Shown here one piece after another: positions 12,601-22,414 of a stretch of 64,000 nucleotides of DNA; positions within the stretch are counted from its first letter, which is position 1; every line of letters begins with the position of its first letter. The notes beneath the pieces are model-generated. The model ran no database searches. It saw only the letters and a program-made list of their open reading frames with translations, and had not been told where the DNA came from. The translations under genes were made by a program, and so were the position numbers. The DNA is from Cyanidioschyzon merolae (lineage: Eukaryota), in assembly GCA_000091205.1 (NCBI GenBank), contig AP006499.2; one strand, 5' to 3'.

Positions 12601-13303
12601 CGGCTCCGTAATCTACAAAACCTATGCATCACAGGCGCTGACGAATAATCGGCTCGAGGAGAAGGATATCGAGTTTCTGCGGAATATTCAAAACATGCTC
12701 AGCATGGACGAGGCAACGTGCAGGACGCTGCTCCAAGAGACAAAGGAGGCGCGCGCAGGCTTCCTCTTTGACAAGATCTTCTCTCGCACATTTGGGATGG
12801 CGGAAGCGGTGGCAGAGTTTCGACGCGTGTGTCGCGAGCTTGACGTTGATCCTGTGCGGGACCTGAAACTCACCGAGGATCGTCGTGTTCGAGCTTTTCG
12901 GGCAGAGATAGAGCACGCCATTGAGAACGGACTCATTACGCCTGAGAACCAAAGTCTGCTGAAGGAGTCTCAAGAAGAACTGGGGATTTCAGCGGAAAAA
13001 GCTCGACAGGTTTTGCTCGACTGCATCCAGGATCGCTGCGAGGCGCTCATCGTGCAGGCGGCAGCGTCTCTGCGTCAACGTCGTCAAGAGGGCGCAGCGC
13101 GAGACTTGAGCCGAGCGCTGCGCTTTGGCAAGTTGCTTCCGTTCCAGGTGCAGACGCCCACGGTGACGGGTGCAGAGCGCCAAGAGCTCTACCTGGTGTA
13201 CCAGGCGTATGCGCTGGGCACCGCCCGCTCTAATGCCGAGAACGATCAGGTGAAAGAGGATCTCGCGCTGCTGCGAGAGATGTTGGGAATCCAAGCCGCC
13301 TAA
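9647..13303 (+). CDS. TIC110: Tic110-like protein (chloroplast inner-envelope translocon component): N-terminal presequence, two hydrophobic helices, then a long array of helical-hairpin repeats
   Basis: A 1218-aa ORF with an ATG start. After ~150 aa of presequence there are two hydrophobic segments (VWRVLFSVLLAATIGAAAAGV and AAGFAAGALPTAALAVVML). These are followed by at least 14 degenerate repeats of the form L..L...LGLS/D...A....a.....YR..L. Examples are LKALRSAFGLSHVDVGDAH, LRNVFDLSESEFQARVRDIAVPFYQ, LNQIAGDLHIPAKVAHDIRMELYRERL and SQEELGISAEKARQVL. This matches the known Tic110 architecture. I have no database search to back it. Confidence 0.7.
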   Translation: MQSPAEALSQQHAQGWHFTRGPFAVLGFVNLFPAGAGSNFATRNLLRKGRCSKQQLRGKRWCCVRGFRVERQSLQAAAEVPTPYRFALGRAPVERAKAAGPISQQHARSEEELNELVAKRFLELVRSEGTGPVGVPAQLVKPAWLEWSDRMATRLAGLGQVWRVLFSVLLAATIGAAAAGVTPPGRRRAAGFAAGALPTAALAVVMLRRGRSIGAPRALASALVESTVAVSTKNMPSASDDQRRRADDNGGEDTESDDNGATSSNAPPRLGLASHIDPEMIQRVAIQYGMQPDAPSWKLETLVGLYERYLLALVQTSGTPRVSEVRQLKALRSAFGLSHVDVGDAHHQVAMRFRRENFVYIDDYIRAQDVDDRNYDEIFRERAQDVNQKLSKLLFLSARVLDDPTEPEEAYRYEMARLRNVFDLSESEFQARVRDIAVPFYQTAVRKAVWLLEQGRSITLEKLRSAREMLDVDDGTASRLHLEAYGALVQRLLQAHSNEKVPRLSAKDMSVLQEARRLLDIDAGDADALLRDAAEPLYQQEVERVVESADLRIPTAHGRLAVRREELGLSVELARTAAEKWIRGRVTAILKDATRALRVQNLTMTIEELNRLLGLIRRSLSIIHGVVWEEVVPNSAEQRTVNASLERIMSVLLDELADLERQQLYRVYLAKCLEDRMIDAQEGRNLDDLRAVLRISENEAAQAYNRAAGPVYREAVLEVMANRSEFTDADIQSLNQIAGDLHIPAKVAHDIRMELYRERLEASTRDNRVPSEEESSQLARLRELLQLDSEALAALHASVCAGTYAQSVDECMGSNGIIPEPYRAGLERLRQRLCLDERRARELFLQVARRRMAGYVQRAIKLLQKKQSFRGQDEERDVGDDPFVRRAGAFLGIEAGTITIELSNLIDFYIRNGILEMENEQAVYPVNLRGVFDLNILQEMYRQYLIQSFAAKSRTEKERLFNNLAHLGNILGLTSAEVNAIHSNIGSVIYKTYASQALTNNRLEEKDIEFLRNIQNMLSMDEATCRTLLQETKEARAGFLFDKIFSRTFGMAEAVAEFRRVCRELDVDPVRDLKLTEDRRVRAFRAEIEHAIENGLITPENQSLLKESQEELGISAEKARQVLLDCIQDRCEALIVQAAASLRQRRQEGAARDLSRALRFGKLLPFQVQTPTVTGAERQELYLVYQAYALGTARSNAENDQVKEDLALLREMLGIQAA

Positions 13304-13560
13304 AGCGATCGCTCACCGTGAAGCCCCAAAAGTTCTAGGCTTCTCTGCTTCAAAGCGAATGATACCAGGTCGAAGACGTGACACCTCTTCATGTGATCAC
13401 GTCCGATCGAGTACAAGCTGACGGTTGATGTTGGCATCGCACCAATTCGCGCAGAAAACTTGCGGGAGTCTTCTGTCGCAGGAAAAAACGATGCCAGGTC
13501 GGGCGTGTCGCGGGTTCCTCGCGCCAGCATTCCCGATTCTATGTTCGCGTCCAGACAAGT

Positions 13561-15366
13561 CTAGGTAGGCGCTTGTAGCTTACGAAGGGCAGATTCGCGT
13601 AGAAAACTTGCGGGTGCTTGCTGGAGCGCCGCTATGAGCACGAGGCGTTGCTCCGCAACCACCGCAGGATAGCGATTGAGGAGCAGGTGCACCAGTTTGG
13701 CAAAACGCAAACCCGCACGTTGCAGCGTCGGCGCATTAGCATGTGCTTCGAGGGCTTGTGCCAGCCGAGCACCAACGTTCGAGTCCAGCACCGCCGGTTG
13801 CAGTCGCTTCAACGAGCACTCGAGGACCTGAAGGGTGTGCTCGGTCCAGGGTTCACATAGTTGCCGTTCCAGCAATTCGTGGAGCATCTCGCGCCGAAAC
13901 GCCGGCTCCCAGTCCCCCTCGAGGATCTGAACACAGAGCTCGGCCTGTGGGGCACCCAGCGGTTGCAAGCACGCCACGCTTGGACCCTGGCATGTAGCCG
14001 AGCAGGTCAGCAATGGATATAAAAGTTGCTCCAAGAGGATGCGCGGGCACTGACGCTGCAAGGAGCGAACGACGCCAAGCACTGAACGAGGTGCCGGTTG
14101 TTTGAGCTGCCGCACCAGCCGAAGCAGAAACGTCCGTGTCCCGCTTTCTATGCAACATACGCTTACCCTTTCGGGAAGTTTCAACATCGTCTCTAGACAA
14201 TAAAGCAAATCGACAGACGAGGCACTCTGGGCATCCAGAATTTCCCAGTCGGCTGCAGTACGAAGTCGATCAATGGCTAATGGCGGTGATGGTTCCTTCG
14301 AGCCGAGATCATCCTCGCGGAGCTTTCTGAGCCATTCGAGCACCTGCTGAGCGTCTTCGCCCCGCATATTCGGTGAACATGGGGCACGAAGCGCGCCTTG
14401 GTCTGCCACGACATGCGGCGATCCAGGGGAAACGTCTTCGCCCTCATTGGATGTTCTTGACGCAGGCGGTGGCGCGTGGGCTTCGGTCGACAGCGGCACT
14501 GCCTCCGCTACTTTGATGCGCTTGCCTTGATGCATCTCTGAATCAGGCGGTTCACCGAAGCGCGTCCAGCATTGCTCCCAGAGTATCTTCATGTATGGGT
14601 CGTCTGCGAAAGCTTCGCCCATGCGATCGTGGAGACAGGATTGACAAGCTGCACATCGACCAGCTATCCAGCGCGGCATCGTCAGCGGCAGCGGTAAAGG
14701 TGCCGGTGAAAGTGCCCGCAAACGGCCCTGTCGAGGCATGCCCAGGTCATTGCGGGTCAACGCAGTCCTCGAATGGATATCGGAGAGGATCGTCGTATCA
14801 TCGCCCGAGGTCTCGTTCGCGGAACCTGACCGCTTCAGCAGTGTGTCGACGGTATCGTGATAAGCTGGGTTCTCGGCAACTGGCACCCCAGCCGGTTGCT
14901 CGAGTACGAACGCTGCATTCGCTACCGCGTGCTGCGGTCTATGTGTACTAGACTGCGAGGTTCTGAGCACGTTTTCGTCGGTCCACGCACCTAACTGGCC
15001 CGACTGCAGCGGTTTTGTAGGTTTGTCTGTGCACAGTTCCCCAGGTGTCCTGCGCTGCACTTTAACGCCCGTCTGCAGCACCGCGTCCACTCGATCTAAT
15101 ATATAATCTTTCAGCAGAAAGTGCACTTTATCTTGACGGAAGCACTGTGGATACCGCAGTAAAATCAGAAAAGCGTGCCTTTGGACACGAGCAGGTAAAG
15201 CGCTCAGACGCACTCGTTGTGCTGTGTCTGAAGGGACTGCTGCGAGCCAACGGAACAGCGCTTCAGCGGCTGCTGGGTTCGTCTGCAGTGTTCTGTCTAC
15301 GAGAGGCCAAAGAAGCCAAGGCCCCTGGAGTAGCCGGTGCCAGTCGGGGCCGTGCTTTTGCTGCAT
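13561..15366 (-). CDS. Hypothetical protein (601 aa), no domain recognised
   Basis: A long ORF with an ATG start (reverse complement of 15364-15366) and coding-like GC content. It converges on the Tic110-like gene with a 258-bp gap. The product is Leu/Ala/Gln-rich and helical-looking. Function is unknown. Confidence 0.4.
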   Translation of the reverse strand: MQQKHGPDWHRLLQGPWLLWPLVDRTLQTNPAAAEALFRWLAAVPSDTAQRVRLSALPARVQRHAFLILLRYPQCFRQDKVHFLLKDYILDRVDAVLQTGVKVQRRTPGELCTDKPTKPLQSGQLGAWTDENVLRTSQSSTHRPQHAVANAAFVLEQPAGVPVAENPAYHDTVDTLLKRSGSANETSGDDTTILSDIHSRTALTRNDLGMPRQGRLRALSPAPLPLPLTMPRWIAGRCAACQSCLHDRMGEAFADDPYMKILWEQCWTRFGEPPDSEMHQGKRIKVAEAVPLSTEAHAPPPASRTSNEGEDVSPGSPHVVADQGALRAPCSPNMRGEDAQQVLEWLRKLREDDLGSKEPSPPLAIDRLRTAADWEILDAQSASSVDLLYCLETMLKLPERVSVCCIESGTRTFLLRLVRQLKQPAPRSVLGVVRSLQRQCPRILLEQLLYPLLTCSATCQGPSVACLQPLGAPQAELCVQILEGDWEPAFRREMLHELLERQLCEPWTEHTLQVLECSLKRLQPAVLDSNVGARLAQALEAHANAPTLQRAGLRFAKLVHLLLNRYPAVVAEQRLVLIAALQQAPASFLRESALRKLQAPT

Positions 15367-17180
15367 CAGCTGCGGCTATCAGCCGCAAGAGGCTGGTGCG
15401 TCTGTCTGAAGCGCTTTGTCTGCGAGGCGACAAAGCAGCAACCGCTTCTGGAGTAGCCGGTGCTAGTCCGAGTCAGGTGCTCTAAGTATGCGCCACGGAT
15501 ACTGACTGCTAGGTACTGTCGAGTCGAAGACAGGTCACATTCGGGGTTCCAGATGCCTTATGGACCATAACGCGTCAGTCTGCACAGCTCTGAATGACGG
15601 TATCGTGTTTCTCAAAACCAAGGAGCAAATGCAGCGATCCACAAAGATGCGGCATTGGTAGACTCATGGAAGTGCTCGCGCACAAGCAGCTGAGACGAGT
15701 GCCTCCAAGTCCCGAAGACATTTTATTCGAATCCCCTGGTTCCAAAAACAACCTACGTTGCCCTGGGCGCTGGGTCTTTTGTCCGGAGGTATTGGTGTCT
15801 AAATCGGCTCGGTCTGTCTGGGAACTTGCAAGAACGTAGTGGACGGAGCTGTCCAGACAATGCTTATGATCCCGAATTTTTTGGGATCCAGTCTCTCGTG
15901 GTACATTGCGCATTCATGAGTATCGACATATAGTCTGTGGAGTGTGGAAACTGGCGTCTGCAATGGAAGGCTGGTCGTTTTTCTGGGCACTGATAACCAT
16001 CCCACACATGAGCATCCTTGTAGATTCATCTCGAGCCTTTATCATGAACAACTACGAGGTCGGCTTTTAGAGAGCGGAAGACGTCTTGCCGTACGGCTCG
16101 CTTCGCATCATTCGGTGTCGTTACACTGCCTGTGGAATACCCAGAGCAGTGATTTCGGGAATGCCCGCACCAGCATACCATTCATTTCTGTAATTTTCTT
16201 GGTGAAGATATTGAACGGTAGGAAATTGTCCTGTGGATTGGAGGGAGGGGCGGCGAGACCCTACGTTGTCAGTGCTCGCCTGCGAAAAAAACGAGCTACC
16301 TTCCACGAGTCAGTTATTCTGCTGTTAGCAGTTGAATGGACCACCTACTTCCTAGTTCCTACAACGAACGTCGTGTACTCGAAAAGCGACTTAACTAACC
16401 GGATCTAAGCATTTGCATACTAGTGAAACCAATGCCATTCAACACGTCTTGCCGAAAATATGACTAAAGAAGCCACAGGACACCGCGTCTCGGTACCGTT
16501 CGTGCGAATATTGATAAGAGGACACAAGTGGAAAAAACGGAAAATGCACGTTTCCGTCAGAGACCGTTGCGCAAGGAAACACACATGATCGAAGAGGCTC
16601 TGAAATGCGAACGTTCAAGACAGGAAAGACGAATGGAGTCCCATTACATAAGATTTTCTTCGAAGGCAATGATGGACCTGTAGATGGATACTCATAGAGG
16701 GACAGATTGCTGTTCGTAAAGAGGCGACTAGCGAGAATGCTCACGAAATCAACTGTGGCAGCGTTTGAATCCCGTTGTCTCCAATAAATTGCTGAACGCA
16801 CAAGATCGTTCAAAACCTCATTTGCCGTCGAAGAATGCTTCGACGGCTTCTCCTTTCCGAATTTTTCCGTCCTGTTGGTAAGCAAAATAGGTTTGTGTCA
16901 GTCAAATGCTATCGTGGGGTACCCAATTGTGATTTGCGTTGGGCTGCGCTTTGCACCAGGCCATTCGCCCGGATTCAGTCGAGTCGAAGTCGTCGTCTCG
17001 GATACAAAACATCACTTCCATGCTGATTTATCAATAGATGAGTCGTTCGCATCCCTGAAATCAAAATATGCGGGACGCCATGAAAGATCGCATAACCTTT
17101 TAGTCGAGGGCGTCTCGCCAGCCTTCGCCAGCCCTGACGCACCTCGTCAAGAAACCATTCGTAATGGTTCCCGACGCAAG

Positions 17181-17744
17181 GCGGCCATTTTCCCACATTC
17201 CTCAGAGTATGGTCGATGAAATCCCTCGTACGACAAGAGCATAGATATTCGGGGCCATTTTCCCACATTCCCCAGAGTATGGTCGATGAAATCCCTCGTA
17301 CGACAAGAGCATAGACATTCGGGGCCATTTTCCCACATTCCTCAGAGTATGGCCGATGATACCCCTCGTATGACAAGAGCATAGATATTCGGGGCCATTT
17401 TCCCACATTCCTCAGAGTATGGTCGATGAAATCCCTCGTACGACAAGAGCATAGATATTCGGGGCCATTTTCCCACATTCCTCAGAGTATGGCCGATGAT
17501 ACCCCTCGTATGACAAGAGCATAGATATTCGGGGCCATTTTCCCACATTCCTCAGAGTATGGTCGATGAAATCCCTCGTACGACAAGAGCATAGATATTC
17601 GGGGCCATTTTCCCACATTCCTCAGAGTATGGTCGATGAAATCCCTCGTACGACAAGAGCATAGATATTCGGGGCCATTTTCCCACATTCCTCAGAGTAT
17701 GGTCGATGAAATCCCTCGTACGACAAGAGCATAGATATTCGGGA
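17181..17744. repeat. 70-bp minisatellite, 8 tandem units, two alternating unit variants
   Basis: The unit ggccattttcccacattcctcagagtatggtcgatgaaatccctcgtacgacaagagcatagatattcgg begins at 17183, 17253, 17323, 17393, 17463, 17533, 17603 and 17673. The B variant reads ggccgatgatacccctcgtatgacaag. The overlapping 68-aa MWENGPEY... ORFs are the same unit read in three frames, because 70 is not divisible by 3. Confidence 0.9.
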
Positions 17745-19820
17745 CAGATGCTGCACTACGACCTGATCGAAGCGTCAGAGATTTGCATACACGAATCCTA
17801 GCAGACCTTGGCGCGTCGTCGCACCGTCTCGTCAGTCGGAACACCTGCAACGAAGGAGCTAAAATGAACCGAAAACTATCTTCAAAAACCCAAAACCATA
17901 TGCGGGCCAATCTCGAGCGCTTCTTGAGTCGCGCTGTAGGGGCGTTGTATCCGTTGTACGGTCTCCGTACCGTCCCCGAAAAGTGGGAAATGACACAAAT
18001 GATGTTTGGGGCGACGACGGAGGCAACTGACGAGCTACTGGCAGGACAGATCGATATGATAGCGAGTTCGGAGATGATATCGTAAAGAGAGCATTTGTCC
18101 AAACTCGTAGTGTTGTACTGGGCCTCGGAGCCGAGAAACTCGTAGCTCAAGGGTCTTTGGAACGTCAGCCGTGCTTTCATGGCACCGTCCGCGAATACGT
18201 GATGGTGCATAGAGCCTTCTAGAGCAAAGCGGATTGCGTCTTCGAATCCAGCCGCCCGAGTGCTCATAGGCGTCTATTCGATGTGATGCCCATACGTTAC
18301 ATCAAGGTCCATTCTACTTTCATAGGTATGCTGTGGTAGACTGTATGGCCTTCTCGGGGCGTCAGGGCTGGCCCGTACAAGCAAGCAAGACGCTCTCGAA
18401 CAAGTTCGCGAAGAGCATTGGCGGCGCACGTTCAAGGTTCCTCTGTTTCCTGGAGGTAATGGAAAGCGGCTTACACGGATCATGGATACAGACGAGCTAT
18501 CAGTCTGCTTGCTCGTTTTGAAACCTAGGCCTGCGTCGACCAAAGAGACTCGTTGTAAACGGTTGAATGTAGACGAAGAGAAAACTCTTGTGGTGAGCCT
18601 CTATCCCGCAGTCGGGAACATGATTGCTGCCGACGTGCAGAGATATCAAGGGTACAGAGCCAAAAGACCTGAATGGAAAACAGATGAAGCTTCCCAACTT
18701 CTCCAGGGCACGGGATCGTCGAGCGCCGAGTCTAATAGCCGCCAGTGGGCATCACATCGAACGGAATGAGGTCGTCAGGCCGACCCCCTGTCGAAGCTCT
18801 GCGAACCGTATCGAGTAGAGTAGGGGTGATTTGTGCGCTTCATTGAGCGCGCATATGAGCGTCCAAACCGCTCATGCAGACGGTCTGCGGCAAGTGGGCA
18901 TGAGACCAGGCTGAGGTCGCCGGTGGTCTAGGTTGTGCGGGGGCAAGAATCGTGCATTCGCCGACTTGTTCAGAGAGCTGGACAAGAAACCGCCCTGTAA
19001 GGAGTGAGGCTTCATGCCCTTCTCCCTTGCTGGTCGTGTTGCAGAGCGCAAAAGCTGCACCACGATTCCGTTGAAGAGAGCTTATAACTCGTGCAGGAAT
19101 CGATTCTGTACGATTCTCATCGATACGTTCAGGACGGCATATACGCAGCAGGAGAACGTCTGCACGCTCGAACTGGCATACAAAAAGAGAGCGAAAGCGT
19201 GCATGACACGCGACATGGAGTATAGCAGGCTGACCGATCGTTCAATAGCGAGGCAATCGCTCGTGAGACGCCTGCTCTGTTGCGCTTCCACCAGCCACAG
19301 TGCACCCGAGCGCTTCCTGCATCGAGATTCGATCACCTGAATCATTATCCGGAAGTATCTGGGGCCTCCGCAACTTCCAGCGTGTTTGTGTCGATCGAGC
19401 TTTCGACGTTATCGTTTCGTACCCAGTATAGGCTTTCTGCTGGAACGCTGAAGACTTGGTTTGAAATAAAAAAGATCCTTGGCCATGCGGAAAGCAACTC
19501 GTTTCCAGCCTGGACCAACGCTCCAGCACGGTACTGGTTCAGCAGTCTATGAGGCCTGGAGCACCGTATGTATACACCTGGGACAGGTTACCTGGGCAAT
19601 ACGTGAATGATCATAGTATTCCTTTCTCGATTTGCTCCAAATGTCCCAGGCAGCACAGACAAACTTTAGGTACGCAACGTGCGATCGAAAAGTCACAATG
19701 CACCTGCATCCGTACAGGGATCCATTCAAGCGTTGGCACCAGCTGGGCACTGCAGTGCCCCAGTTCATGTCGAGTAGTATTTTCCAACGCGAGCGGGCAC
19801 GTCACCGAACGCTCGCCTAT

Positions 19821-20117
19821 GCCACCTGGTCGGATATGCATTTGAACGCCGTCGTGTGCATCAGGCACGCTCCTCGCCCTGCATATCCTACTTTGCCACC
19901 TGGTCGGATATGCATTTGAACGCCGTCGTGTGCATCAGGCACGCTCCTCGCCCTGCATATCCTACTTTGCCACCTGGTCGGATATGCATTTGAACGCCGT
20001 CGTGTGCATCAGGCACGCTCCTCGCCCTGCATATCCTACTTTGCCACCTGGTCGGATATGCATTTGAACGCCGTCGTGTGCATCAGGCACGCTCCTGTCC
20101 CTGCATATCCAACCGGT
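19821..20117. repeat. 74-bp minisatellite, ~4 tandem units, each with an internal 9-bp inverted repeat (ggatatgca / tgcatatcc)
   Basis: The unit gccacctggtcggatatgcatttgaacgccgtcgtgtgcatcaggcacgctcctcgccctgcatatcctacttt begins at 19821, 19895, 19969 and 20043. The last copy diverges. It lies about 170 bp 3' of the LSG1-like gene. Confidence 0.9.
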
Positions 20118-20283
20118 TCGGTACAGGCACCTAACGCGACGCAGGTAGCATGTCCGAAAAAAACAAGCGACGCCTGACGTTGCGTTCATCGCAGGGATGC
20201 ATCGGGGTGCGTCGTGCAGGCGCTTGCCCGCACACCTCTATCACTGCCGCCGAAGCATCCTTCCTGCTTCGTTCACCCACCGT

Positions 20284-22073
20284 TTACAGAGCCTCGGTGC
20301 TTTTTCCTACACCATCTGCTGGTACGGGCGGCCAGTGCATATCTGGCAAATCACCGCGAACGTAATCCTTCAGCACAAGTCGAGCTGCTCGATGACGATC
20401 CGTTTGTGCATGGCTGGTTCGAAAGCCGCGCGCCAAGGCCAAAGTATCCAGAAACGTAGCCGCATCGCAGTGCACCTTCTCGGGAGCAGTTCTGTTGAAC
20501 TTCGGCGGCAACGTCAAGCTGTAGTGGGACGCAAGCTTCGATGCCGGCAACCGGGAGCAGATGAACTGTACAGCGTCCAGTAGGTCACCAGCATGATCGA
20601 TAGGGATCACTCCCGCACAGATCAATTCTGCTCGACTGTGGGCCCACTGTGGAAACACAAGTCCGGGCGCATCACACAGCATGAGGTCTTCGTCTAGCGT
20701 TAGCGTTTGGAAATGTTTCGTTTTGCCGGGGTTCGGCCCGACTGCTGCTTGCGTCTTTCCCAGCAAACAATTCAACGTCGATGATTTGCCTACATTGGGA
20801 TACCCAACGAAACCGACTGTACGACGATGTTGCGGCGATGTACGTGGTCCGCTACTTGTTTGTGACGGTTCAATGGTTGAAAGCAGCCTTCGCACAAGAT
20901 TCATGAGTTGTGTTCGCGAGCACAAATTGCTCGCTTGTACATCGTTTTCGTGGTTCGCATTGGGCGAGCGCTTCTGCGGATCACCGGAAACTGAGCTATG
21001 CCGTGTCCGCTGGGCGTCTGGCGCCTCGCGGGGCTCGCTCCATGTCTCTGCTTCATGCGTCTGGTGAAGCGGGCTTCCTTGTATCGAGTAGGCGCTACCG
21101 TTTGCCCCAGCGGGCGCACCGTTCAGCAGCAGACTGTTCCGAATAATTTCCGTGATCCCGGATGCAGCGTGGTCGTCAGCGCAGATGCCGGACTCCGAAC
21201 GAGACTCGTCGCCTTCAGCAGGCTCGAGAGTGCTTTTCTCGCCCTCTGGATAGAGGGCGGAAAAGAACCAGGCAGTCTGGTTTCGCTCAGCGAAGTAATC
21301 TTTCCAGGCTCGTCGTGCTGCCGGCGTCAACAGATCCGCCTTGTTCAATAAAAGTATACATTTCTTTTCTGGATGTCGCTTTTGCAGGTAACGTTCCAGA
21401 TGTGGGCTGTAGAAGAGCAACGGATGACGAGCATCAAGAACTTGTATGACGAGTTCACTGCGTTCGAGAACTCGCCATAACTGGCGCCAAATTTGGAGGT
21501 TCTTCTCATATGGCGTGAAGAAGCGAGATAAGAGAGAACCCCGCTGCCTTTCCTGGGCAAGTTGCTGTTCAAGAGCGTCCATGCTAGCGCGCCAACGATG
21601 AAAGGCTTGTCGCTCGGATGCAGCCAGTTGCTCCGCGGTCATCCCGCGATTCCATACAGGACGTTCTGGTATAGTTAGCGGAAGCTCTGCACCATGGTCT
21701 GGTGCTGACGGCCCATCTAAAGCCGGTACTGCACCGCGCAGAGTCTCAGCGATCGCATCCGTAGAAGAAACGAGACGGGGCTCGCTGACCACGTTCTGCA
21801 CGGGCAGCGCCGGCTCTGCTGTGAAGTCTCGACCTGCCAGCTCCGCCCGTGCCAGAAGCTCGACCCACTGCACTCGATCGAGAACAGAAGCTGCTGCCTC
21901 TGACTCGGGCAGCAGCAGCAAACTCGAGTCTTCCAGCTCGTGTTGCCGCTGCCGGCGGTAGGCTCGACCACTAAGGTTCTTTCGAGGTCGAGTCAGTGCC
22001 CTTCCTAGACCATCTTTGGGAACACTTCCACTGACTGCGGCTTTACGGTTCCCAGGCATGCCTTTGTAGGCAG

Positions 22074-22113
<40 letters not shown>

Positions 22114-22227
22114 TATGGGAATCGAAGCGGTAGTTTCTGGTCTTGCATGGATTCGGAGACGGGGTTGCGGTGCCAAGCGGACCATCCTGGGGGCATCGTT
22201 GACGCCCTCGTCGCTGAAGCAGCTCAT
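20284..22227 (-). CDS. LSG1: LSG1-type circularly permuted GTPase (large-subunit GTPase 1, 60S ribosome export/maturation)
   Basis: A 647-aa ORF with an ATG start. The G motifs are in permuted order: G4 LLLNKADLL, G5 FFSAL, G1 VGFVGYPNVGKSSTLNCL, G2 T, G3 LCDAPGLVFP. A long insert between G5 and G1 is typical of LSG1. The N-terminal VAVAVAVAVAAAAVAA tract is encoded by a GCAACA hexamer repeat at about 22075-22125. Confidence 0.75.
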
Positions 22228-22414
22228 ATTCTGCCTTTTAGCGGTATCGTGGTAATTGTTCTGGCAGATAAAGGTCTTGCTGATGCCACAGGTACGGAAG
22301 GCAGAGCCCGGATACGCTCTTTGATGCGCTCAGAAGAAAAGTGCTGGCGTTGAGGCAGGCTAGCAGGTTTTCATCTGACCAGCAGCGCGCAGGGGCGGAA
22401 CACTAGCACCGGTA

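Noticed and set aside
16975-17688. Series of overlapping 68-aa ORFs all reading MWENGPEYLCSC...
   Set aside because: They are the 70-bp minisatellite read in successive frames, since 70 is not a multiple of 3. They are not independent genes.
17692-18267. 191-aa minus-strand ORF with ATG start adjacent to the 70-bp array
   Set aside because: Its C-terminus runs into the repeat. It has no recognisable domain and sits in a low-GC intergenic interval. It is an uncertain candidate at best.
15366-20284. Low-GC, gene-poor islands (15.4-20.3 kb, 33.1-36.3 kb, 51.9-54.9 kb) as possible horizontally acquired or organelle-derived DNA
   Set aside because: The GC drop (~50% versus ~65%) matches every other intergenic spacer in the window. 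It reflects coding versus non-coding composition. I found no organelle-like or foreign coding signal inside them.
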